Shown: positions 36,130 through 46,206 of the stretch, one piece after another | Layout: each line of letters begins with the position of its first letter | Numbering within the stretch: position 1 is the stretch's first letter | Assembly (NCBI RefSeq): GCF_038025025.1 | Contig: NW_027117352.1 | Location: 372,001-436,000, forward strand | DNA from: Phyllosticta citribraziliensis | Lineage: Eukaryota | Direction: 5' to 3' | Length of the DNA stretch: 64,000 nucleotides | The notes under the pieces: generated by a model | Seen by the model: the letters and a program-made list of their open reading frames with translations, nothing else | Database searches by the model: none | Told to the model about the DNA's origin: nothing | Translations under genes and position numbers: made by a program

Positions 36130-39100
36130 ATGGCTGGTGCCTCCAAGCGTCGTGCTCAGCAGGCCGGTCGTGCTTCTGAGGCCACCTCCACGGCAGCATC
36201 CAGCAATGCTGTTTCCACCCAGCCGGCTGGCGGTGACCGTTCTTCGGGCACTCCCCAGTCGCTCCCCAGGTTCGACGGTAACCGTGACCCCGAGCCCAAC
36301 CGTCCTCAGGAGGAGATGAAGGTCAACTCGAAGAACCTTGGTGATGCTGCTGGCTTCGCCGCCTGGTTCGCTCTTCGTGGTGTAAGTCCTTTCCCACTTT
36401 GAGTCCAAGCTCTTTGTCCCATGTCCTTCTTGTCCCACGTGCTCCTTCTTCTTTTCTCTCCCACAAGTCCTTCTCTCTTCCACATGCCCTTCCACATGTC
36501 TCCCGTCTGCCAGGCTCCTACACTCCATTGGTCTGAGGTTCCGTCTTCGGCTGCTCGTGATTCCGTCTTCGGCTTCCGCCTGGGCGTTGTCACGTCTGCG
36601 TGCTCCATCAGATGGACCCATGACCGATTGTGGAGTGTTGCCTTGGCCGCTCGGACGCCCTCGCTCGCCATAAAGACTCTCGATCCCCTCGCCGAGCCTT
36701 CGCTTCTTCACCCATCCACACCTCTCTCGAACCATTCAACCAACATCTTCACCCACATTTTTACGACTTGTCCCAATTTATCAACCCCTTTACCAACTTT
36801 CTATCACTTTCTGTCACCATGTCGTCCTCGAACAAGCCCCTTCGTGTCGTGGCTGGAGACCACTGGCGCGACAACAAGCAAGACGCGAGAAATGCTAACT
36901 GGACGAAGATCGAGTATCCTTCCGGCATCCCCAAGCGTCCCGCCAAGCTCAACAGCCTGGGCACCCAGTCCAACGTCACCTTGAACAACTTCAATGTCAT
37001 TGAGATGCCCAAGGACAACGTCAGCCAGTACGATGTAAGTCAAGTCCCCCCGATTGCCCTTCCACCAGCCACTGACATTTCTCGAGGTCATCATCGGCTC
37101 CGGCAACGAGAAGCGCGGTCTCATCAAGGCCATCTGGCACTCCGAGACCGTGGCCAGGAAGCTCGGTCAGGGCTGGCTCTTCGACGGCAACAAGATCGCT
37201 TGGTTCCAGAAGAAGATTCCGGAGCAGAACTTCATGGTCGACCTTGATGCCGAGCGCCAGCGCAACATTCGTCCTGAGCACCAGGGCAAGAATAGGTTCC
37301 GCGTCGTTGTCCGCTTCACCAAGAAGGTCAACTTCGTCGCCCTCAGCCAGTACTTGAAAAGCGGCGTCGGCTTTGACAACTCCATCATCGAGTAAGTCTT
37401 TCCTCATTTCATGCGAATGATTGTCTGCAGCTACTAACCTGCTCACAGGGCTGTTCTTTTCATGGACCACCTCATGCGCGAGACGCCCTCCAGGAACTTG
37501 ACTGCCATCAAGAAGTCCTTCTTCTCCAAGGGTCAGACTCGTGTCCCTCTCGGCGGCGGCATCGAAGCCCTCAAGGGCGTCTTCTCTTCGATCAGGATCA
37601 CAACCTCTGCCTTCAACACGCCTGGTCTCTCCGTCAATGTCGACGTCTCGAACGGAACGTTCTGGACGGCCCAGAAGCTCGCCATCGCAATTCAGCACTG
37701 TCTCGAGATCAGCAACCCTGGCCAATTGTCCCACGACTTCAAGGGAGCCGTCGACGGGGGCTGGGATCGGTCCAAGTTCAGGAGGGAGTGCAAGCGTCTG
37801 TCCAAGCTCTCGGTTGAGATGACCCATCGCACGGATGAGAAGGGCAACAGGCCTGTCTTCATCGTCGACAGGATCTTGCCCAAATTCTCAAGCTCCTTCG
37901 TCATGGACGTCACTGATCACCAGCCCGACGGCTCGCGCAAGCAGAAGAAAATCAAGATCGCCGACTACTTCTGGCAAAAGTACCAAGTCAAGATCCAGCC
38001 CAACATGCCGCTCGTCCAGATGACCAAGCAGTCGGTGATCATGCCGCTCGACTTCTGCGAGATCGTGGAAAACCAGCGCTACCCCTTCAAGCTCTCGGAC
38101 AACCAAACTTCGAAGATGATCAACTTCGCCGTCAAGGCCCCGGCCGACCGCTGGAAGGACATCCAGCAGGGCTTGTCGAAGCTGAACTGGGGACAGGATC
38201 CCATCCTCCGCTCTTGGGGTCTCAGGATTGACAGCAACCCTGTGTCTGTCAAGGCCCGTCAGCTCCCTGTCCCCAAGGTCGACTTTGCAAACAGCTCCAT
38301 CACCCCTCGTGACGCCGGCACCGGTCGCTGGAGGATCGACAAGATGAAGTTCAAGGGCCCAACCCCGCAGACGCTCAAGTCGTGGGGTGTGATGGTGATC
38401 CACAATGGTACGCAAAAGCCCGAGGCCCCTCTCGTCACTCGATTCATGCAGAGGTTCTCCGAAGTCTACGTCAAGCACGGCGGTTCCATCGACCCCAAAG
38501 CGCGCATGCCCGCCCTTTTGAGCCAGACTTCGCCAGACTTGGTCCAGACGGTTGAGACGGCGTTCAACGGCACTGGCAACAAGTTCATGCACCGGCCCCA
38601 GGTGCTCATTTTCATCGTCCTCAACAAAAACGCCGACACCTACAACCGCATCAAGAAGATGTGCGAGTGCCGCTACGGAATTGTTTCTCAAGTCATCCAG
38701 GCGCAGCACATCCCCAAGTGCCAGGACCAGTACATCTCCAACGTTTGCATGAAGTTCCACGCCAAGCTGGGTGGATTCACCTCCCAGGCGGTCGGCACCG
38801 CGGCAACGCTGATCAAGCAGTCCAAGGGCATGGGCAACGGCAAGACCATGATGTGCATTGGCGCCGACGTTTCCCACCCGGCTCCGGGCTCGCTCAAGGA
38901 CGGCACTGTTGGCTCTTACGCGGCCATCACCATGTCGCTCAACAAGGAGCTGACCCGCTACGCCGCTCAAGTCCAGACCAACGGCTTCCGTGTTGAGATG
39001 ATCACCACGTACAACATGAACAACCTTCTCGGCAAGATGGTCAGGCACTGGATGGGCAAGAATGGGGGCAAGCTGCCGGACAACGTCATCTACTTCCGCG

Positions 39101-39717
39101 ACGGCGTGTCTGAGGGCCAGTACCCGGAGCTTCTCAACCAGGAGCTCCGCGACCTCAAGGCGCTCTTCAGGGACATTGACCCGAAGAATCAGACCAAGGT
39201 CACCCTCGTCGTCGCCAGCAAGCGCCACCACGTCCGCTTTTTCCCGCAAAAGGGTCACGGTGACAGGACCGAGAACCCCAAGCCCGGCTGCTTGGTCGAG
39301 ACTGGAGTCACCCACCCCTACCAGTTCGATTTCTACTTGACTGCGCACTCGGCCATCAAGGGAACTGCGCGCCCAGTCCACTACACCGTTCTCCACAACG
39401 AGATTGGCATGACCGCGGATGAGTTGCACCAGCTGGTCTTTGAGCACTCGTTCCAGTACATCCGCTCGACCACGCCTGTCTCCATTCACCCTGCGGTCTA
39501 CTACGCTCATCTCGCATCCCAGCGCGCCCACGCCCACACCGACCTCATGGCCGGTCAAGGCAAGAAGGACGGCAAGGGCAGCGTTGGCACGGGCACCCAG
39601 AAGCTCGCATCCGGCGCCAAGGGCAAGCAATCCAGCACCGAGGACAAGACCCCGACCGAAGTCTACCCTCTGCTGGCCATGCATCCTGACGCCGACTACA
39701 CGATGTGGTACATCTGA
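36130..39717 (+). CDS. Argonaute (N-PAZ-MID-PIWI) with DEDH catalytic tetrad
   Basis: Exons 36130-36381, 36909-37034, 37087-37391 and 37449-39717. Motifs: LFDGNK, NVDVSNGTF, PAZ (IADYF..KY, PLDFCEIVENQRY), YISNVCMKFHAKLGG, GADVSH, VEMI, YFRDGVSEGQ, KRHH, GTARPVHY, PAVYYAHLA and the C-terminal MWYI*. Confidence 0.96.
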
Positions 39718-40744
39718 GCACCTTGCTCCGACACTTCCTCTCGGCCTTGCCTCCCGACTCGGGCTTGATGGTTCGGCCATCCACTGTACTTTAACAGAAT
39801 CCACGAAAACCCAACAAAAACAACATTGACTGCGGTAACGACAACGGGCGGCAGGCGGCCGCGGCTGGACGGGCTATTCTTTTTCACACCAAAAAACGGA
39901 GTTGAAGGCGGACTTGCGGGGCGATGAAACTTGCGGGAAGGACTGATTGATGGCATTGACGGCGATGGTAATGGTGGTGGGAGTGATCGAGTGAGAGATG
40001 CGAGCGGTGGTGGTGGTGCTGGTTCTTCTGACGGCGGCTTGATTACATGGCCTTTTGCTTTTTCGATTGGGTCCGGTCTGATTCATTTGCTTTTTTTCCC
40101 CATTCATTTACTTGATACGGGGTAGATACAAATGCACTCCTTCTGCATCAACTCTTTTGCGCCTGGCCTTGTGTGTCGTGAGCGCCGGCTGCTGGTCGCG
40201 ACGACGGCGTCTGCTGTCTGCACTGCGTGGACTCGGCTACGCCTCTCTGTTGCTGGCTTCGCCGTGGGACGGACAGCTACTCTGCGCCGCGGAGTTGGAC
40301 TTGCGCGTGAGCGGTGTTCTAGTTACAGCGGCGGCAGAGGCGGAGGAGGCGGCGGCGGCGGCGGTGACAGTGGGATCTGGATTCCTACACTGCACGTCCT
40401 TATCTCCACTCTCTCCTCTCCTCCTTAATTTTTTTTTTTGGACTTGCGTGCTGCGTAGCTATGTCTGCATCCTCCCTCATCTTATCACTCCCTCCCTCCG
40501 TCCATCTTTCGACGGATGCAACTACTGAACACATAACCGCAGCAACCGCAGTGACCGCGGGGCACGGATGGTGGTAGCGGCAGTAGAAGCTCTGGCTGTT
40601 GTTTGGGTTTGTCGTCTTTCGCTTTTCAGGGGTTGAGTTTGTGTCTTGTTTTTTGGTCTTGTCTTTTTGGCGAGAGGATGAGGAGGGGAGAATGAGAGGA
40701 AAGAGTGGAGAGGGGAGGATGAGGAGAAGGGTAGAAGAACGGGA

Positions 40745-40800
40745 TGGGAGGGGTGGAGGGAGGGGTGGAGGGAGGGGTGGAGGGAGGGGTTGAGGGAGGG
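40745..40800. repeat. ~12-nt G-rich tandem repeat (GGAGGGGTGGAG)
   Basis: About four visible copies in the Ago-BTB intergenic region. Confidence 0.8.
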
Positions 40801-41485
40801 GATTGAAAAAGGGGCCGGACAGGGGGAGAGGTGGGAACGAAGAGATGCGGATTTGCAGGAGTCAGATTTATTCAGGGGCATAGCGGTGGCATTGATTTGT
40901 TTGCTGGCTAGCGGATGTCGGCTTTGGGTTCGGACAAGGCTTTGGGGACGAAAATACTGAGGCGACGTAGGTTGGTGCGTTTGGTGAAAGGGGAGGGCGT
41001 GGAGATGAGGAAAGGGGCAGCGTGAGGTAAAGACGACGACATATATTTGCGAGAGAAGCTTCGCGATGGTTGACAGAGGAGGGGAGAGAAGTATAATTCA
41101 AGCGGAGTACGTGAAGCGCGTGGCTTTGTGTAGAAAGCACTGTTTAACAAAATGGCGGATATCGATCTGGGGAGAGCTAAGCGGCAGGTAGTTACGCTGC
41201 GAAGCAAAGAGAGACGTGAGCAGAGACCTTTTGCGAAGTGAATGAATCGGTTTGAATGAAAAGAAGAGTTGATCTGACCCTGCGTTGCCGTCTGCTAGCG
41301 CATTCCCGTCGCAAATTTGGACGGAGAGCCGAAAGCGTAATGAATTGACTGGATGATCCACACCGCGGCGTTCCAAGAAAGGCGGAAGGTCCGTGACAAG
41401 GAGAGGCTGAGAGTAATTTCCGTAGATCGACGTAGTGACTGAGATTTCGAACTCCGCGGTGCCCTTCCGGAAGATTCTTGGAGCT

Positions 41486-42270
41486 CTAGATAAACTCCAC
41501 CTCCTCCTTGAAACGAGGTCCTGGCCTGTTTGTATTGATGGAAGGCATAGAACGCGAATCAGCGGGGCTCGCCCAACGTAGAATCTGACTTCCCAACTCG
41601 GGATGTTGGCGTAGAATGTGATTCTTAAAATCAGAATAGTGTCTCAAAGTTGATAGTCGAGAGGCCGTACACCAAAAGATGATATTGCGCAAGTCCTCTG
41701 CATGACCTTCTTGTTCAGGTAATTCTGTGTGTATAACCAGAAGTAGCTCGCAGATCTCTTGGTCTGATAAAGGCTCGCTTTCGTAAAATGCGTTTGTGAA
41801 CTTCCAGAAGACCGCATCTTTGAAGGATTTTGCGCTCAGTCGGTCTGCAAGGCAGTATAAGCTTGCCAGGAGGACAAATTGGGAAGTATGGCTGATTTTT
41901 TCATTAAGGAGCCAGCCACCGCGGTATAGGTATTCGAAAAACATTCCCATAAGCGCCGGGTCCTCTTCACAGTCCGGTATTTCCCCTGTTTGAGCTTCCT
42001 TGAAGTCTCCTCGAAGCTGCTTCTTGAACTTCTCCGACTCTTGACAGAGCAACTCCTCGTGGACGTAAAACTCCGAGCCCTGGGTGACGATCTTGATGGT
42101 TCTTAGCCGCAAGGTGCTATCCTCTTTATGAGCCTTGCATAGTCGTCGTCGCAACATCGAACATACTCGGAAAACCTGGGCCCAGAAAATTCGTTGTCCT
42201 GCTGCCCATCTTCATGATTTCGCATGGCCGCCTTCTTAGCCTTCCTGGCCGCTTGCTTCTCCGAGCTCAT
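41486..42270 (-). CDS. BTB/POZ domain protein (fungal type), BTB-1; 2 exons
   Basis: Exon 1 MSSEKQAARK...FSD (42270-42167), intron 42117-42166, then IKIVTQGSEFYVHEELLCQESEKF...GDFKEAQTGEI...EDP..MFFEYLY and LYCLADRL. Confidence 0.88.
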
Positions 42271-42735
42271 GGTGGAGACTGAAGAGAAAGAGGAAAGTGC
42301 TTTGGGCCGAGTGTGTCGAGGGTTCGTGGGTAAGATAGCTTATGAATGCAATGCAATTAAGGTTTACGCCCGCAGGATGCCCGCACCTTGCTTTGAGACT
42401 GGAGAGACAACTTCAGATAGCGACCAAACCAACCTCAAGACAGGCAATGAACTGCCCATTTCTTTGAAGTGAACACCAAGAAAAGAAACAAGCAGCAATA
42501 TCGAATGGGACCGGCGCAAAATCTTCCACTGTTGTCCCAAGACACTGTGGAAGACCACGTCGAAAGACCCCTGATCCCTGGTCCGCTCCCGTCTTTTCTT
42601 CACTTCGGGAAAGCCGTTGCGCCAACATGCGCAGAAGATGAAAGCATAACCTGTTGGGCGATATCAGCGCACGAAACTCTGCGGGGCATGCGGTCTTTGC
42701 TCAACCTCACAAGCTTCGCCTTCCCAGGGCGACTC

Positions 42736-43255
42736 TCATTTCTCCTCCCAGCTCAAACAAGCTTTCGAGTCCACCGTCACTTTCTTCCGATAGACCAAAG
42801 TCGTTGTACCTGCATTGCGAACTTTGCGATCCAAATCAACTTCAGACTGTCCATGGAATCTGAATCCACATTCGTATGTGCCAGGGCAACGATCTCCGTG
42901 GGAACAAAGGAAATCATCCCGCTCCCAAGCAAAGGTCTTGATTTCAATCTCTTCATCATTCCCTGTAAAGGTCTGTCGGCGTGTCCAGGCACTTATCTCT
43001 TGCACTGAAGCTTCGACCTTCACAACTTTCAAAAACTTCTTCTCTTCCAACCACTTGCGCAAGTTGTCGATGCCGAAGAAGCGAGCTTCTTCCTGCAGTG
43101 CCGTGTATAGAGAGTAGTCGTGTCCTTTCGCAGTATCATAGAAGACAGGATACACTCCACGCCTGAGGAGGGCCGTCTGTCGCTGAAACGAGTTGACTGG
43201 GAGCTTCCGTTTCGCTGTCGGTGGTGTGAGAGGGTTTTGCAGCGGTTGAATCCAT
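42736..43255 (-). pseudogene. Probable KCTD-type BTB pseudogene (BTB-2) with internal deletion and frameshift
   Basis: The C-terminal part LRRGVYPVFYD..GHDYSLY..LQEEARFFGIDNLRKWL matches the neighbouring paralogs. An ATG at 43255 in a good context (MDSTAAKP...TDGP) runs into it out of frame, and the LNVGG...FVD half of the BTB is missing. Confidence 0.62.
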
Positions 43256-43609
43256 TGTTTTGGAATTTTCGGGGGAAAAGGGATGGAGGGGGACTTACGG
43301 TAAGTGGACTTATTAACGTTCACAAAAAAGAGTTACCTGGGCTCTTCCCAACTCTTCCGTGTCCTACAGAGTTAAGGAGATTTATTGGCTGACACTGGCT
43401 TACTCGGGAACAAAGGAAACTCGCGGACAACGGTCGCAGTTTTGAGAAACTTCATTCCAGCTATGGACAGATCCATGAGTTTCTACTTTGCCTCCAGAAT
43501 CCCTCCCCTAGCTCGCGGTGACGGACGCTCCCAGAAAACAATCAATTGCTTTCACATTCCCTGACAGTCCGAAGAGTCCGCGACCTTCATGTGAGAGGTT
43601 CTCGATCCT

Positions 43610-44284
43610 TCAAGACTGACAAATGCTGTCATCAAACACCACCCTCTTCCTGACAACCACAACAGACGAAGGAACCATGACCGACTTGAACGTTGGAGCC
43701 CCTTGCGAGGCCGCCAAACGACACTGCTGGCCACATTGCGGAACGGATGCATTAGGGGTATGCACTGGAATCCCGCGCGGACAGATTGGGACCTTTTTGG
43801 CCGCCCAGGAAACGTGATGCTCCACCAGTTCATCCGCCGGATACGCCCTTGCGGAAACACCATTGTTGAGCTCAATGTCCTCCGTGATGGTTTCGACTTT
43901 TGCCGTTTCCAGATACTGCTTTTTGTCGAGCCATTCGTACAAGCGTTCGACCTCGAAATGCTTTGCTGCGTTCTTCAGGGCCATGGCGAAATGATGGTCG
44001 AAGCCTTGATCGATGGATCGGAAGCAGGGTGGCAGGAGTCCGGTACGGAGGTAATCGAGAACATGCTTGAAAATCTCGGGGTCGAAATCAACAAAGAGAG
44101 AACCGTCGTCTTGGAGGTTATCGGGGGAAAACGCTTCTTTGAAAAAGCCGGAGCGTGCGAGTGTTTCTGGCGCCGTAATGAACTTGGTGCCGCCAACATT
44201 GAGGCTGACAGGCGCATCTTCGTCAATGATGGGTGGTTTGGGGACAACCGTATTTGACGACATGAAAGAAGTGTTTGGTCCCAT
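43610..44284 (-). CDS. KCTD/T1-type BTB/POZ protein, BTB-3
   Basis: PVSLNVGGTKF..ETL, DGSLFVDFDPEIFKHVLDYLRTG, AKHFEVERLYEWL and C-terminal CPRGIPVH..CGQQC. Intronless; start 44284 or 44332. Confidence 0.88.
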   Translation of the reverse strand: MGPNTSFMSSNTVVPKPPIIDEDAPVSLNVGGTKFITAPETLARSGFFKEAFSPDNLQDDGSLFVDFDPEIFKHVLDYLRTGLLPPCFRSIDQGFDHHFAMALKNAAKHFEVERLYEWLDKKQYLETAKVETITEDIELNNGVSARAYPADELVEHHVSWAAKKVPICPRGIPVHTPNASVPQCGQQCRLAASQGAPTFKSVMVPSSVVVVRKRVVFDDSICQS

Positions 44285-44875
44285 TGTCAGTGAATGAAAC
44301 GCGGAAGGTCGGGCGTTGAATGGCAAGAGCATGGCGAGAGGGAGAGCTTATGTATCCAGAAGGAAGAACAAGCAAACCAGCTCCTCACCAAGCAAGCGAG
44401 CACACCGTTTGAAAACACACAATTGATGGCATGTTTCTGAACCTTCTGACGGTATCCATGGAGTACCATAATAATGCCTTGAAGCACGTCCACATGCCGG
44501 AAAGCGCCAACCATAATGCAACCTGAATTATGATTTGCCCCCTTTTTCACACCTCTCACAAACGAACACCCCCTTTTTACCATCTCTCCATTCCGGACAA
44601 TTCAATGAAGCTAGCCAAAGAAAAGGTCCCAGCCAATTGCTTGACTATGACAACCAAGGGCAGTTTTCCCGGGTCGTCGGCAACGCCGATTTTGTTCATC
44701 TACCGACCAAATCCTCCTTCAGATCTTATCGCGGGAGTCGTGGAAAAGTTTTGACGGCAAACGTTGTGATGGACGCCGCTGCAACAGCCTACTTTGCAAA
44801 ACTGGAAAAGTTGGGTTCTGCGCGACGAAACTTGGGGCTTGGGCCACTAGAATTCTTACAATCAGATCGGCCACT

Positions 44876-45613
44876 CTAAAGACACATATACTCTGCAGAC
44901 TCACTGTAACTTTCCCGTTGGTCATTCTCGTCATCGAGGATATTCTCATGATAGACGACCCTCTTCTTGATAACCAGAACCAAAGTATCCATCTGGTGGT
45001 TCATCGGCGCAGCAGACGTATTGCCACTCTGCTGCCTGCACTTTGCGATGTGCTCGTTGTACCAATCCTGAGCCTTAGGGCAGGGACCCCCGTTTTTCGA
45101 GACCAACTGGACGTGACACTCAGGGATGATACCGTAGCCGTATGTCTTCAAGCCCAGACAGCCACTCTTGTAACTCTCCGTATTGATCCTAACTTCCACC
45201 TTTTCCAGGAACTTCTTCCTCTGCAACCACTCCCTCAACTCCTCCACCCCAAAGAACTCCGCCGCCTCCCTCAACTCATCCGCAAACTCATAATCGAAAC
45301 CGTGCTGCAGCCCCTTCCAGCAACTCGGCAAATGTCCCGTGCGCAGGTACTTCAACACATGTCGAAACACCTCCGGCTCCCAATCGACGAAATAAGAGCC
45401 GTCCGCAAGCCTGTTGTGTTCCCAGCGGCCAGACAGGAGGCCCTGGAAGAAGAGCGACGAAGATAGCGTGTCGCGCAAGACGACAAATGGAGTGCCGCCG
45501 ACGTTGAGCGTGATGGGCGTAGCGGATGAGGATGCGGCGGCTGAGGTGCTGGCGTTGGTGGCGGGTTGCGGTGCGTTGGTTGGAGGGAACATGGAGGGCG
45601 TTGAAGTGTCCAT
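44876..45613 (-). CDS. KCTD/T1-type BTB/POZ protein, BTB-4
   Basis: PITLNVGGTPF..DTL..SLFFQGLLSGRW, DGSYFVDWEPEVFRHVLKYLRTG and AEFFGVEELREWL. Start MDTSTPS at 45613. Confidence 0.9.
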   Translation of the reverse strand: MDTSTPSMFPPTNAPQPATNASTSAAASSSATPITLNVGGTPFVVLRDTLSSSLFFQGLLSGRWEHNRLADGSYFVDWEPEVFRHVLKYLRTGHLPSCWKGLQHGFDYEFADELREAAEFFGVEELREWLQRKKFLEKVEVRINTESYKSGCLGLKTYGYGIIPECHVQLVSKNGGPCPKAQDWYNEHIAKCRQQSGNTSAAPMNHQMDTLVLVIKKRVVYHENILDDENDQRESYSESAEYMCL

Positions 45614-46206
45614 GGTACTGCTGAACGATTGACGAGCGGGTACAGCGAGAGAGATGGAGGGGAGCTGCAGCGGGCGGTTGTGAGGAGTAATGTATGGCAG
45701 GCAGCGAGACAATTTGGCAAACGAATAATCTACGCTGCAGCTGATGTGTCGGACGTGCCAATGTTTGCGTCTTCTAGCGTTTTCTGCGGTTCGGATTGCT
45801 GCTGGTGGCTGGATAACCCCTTCTCTCAAGTTGCTGGCATCTTCCACCCCCTTTCTCAATGATTGCTGAACCGCTTCAAGTGCAGTGCCAGATAGCTATT
45901 TTGAATGTCATCGCAGAAGAGCGTCAGTAGACCAAAAAGAATGGAAGGGAAGGGGAGGAAGTCCTTGAAGTGACTTTTGAACACTTCAACGGAATGACCG
46001 AATGATGTTTTCAAAAACAGTTGAAGCAACCACCTACAAATAAGTACGCAATCCAACGAAAGTAGAATCCCAAAGCAAAACCAATGACATCTCCGCCCAA
46101 CAAAGCAGTACGTACCACCACAAACCTTACTCCATCGCCAGCCAAACCAGGTCAATCCACTGGCCCAGCACCCAAACAAACAACTTGTCCCACCTATTCC
46201 AAACAC

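Noticed and set aside
37888..39804. 638-aa antisense ORF over Argonaute
   Set aside because: Shadow frame produced by strong GC3 codon bias on the coding strand; no domain features.
41435..41470. GAGTTCGAAATCTC on the minus strand, resembling a tRNA T-arm
   Set aside because: The loop/stem register does not fit, and no acceptor, D or anticodon arms could be built.
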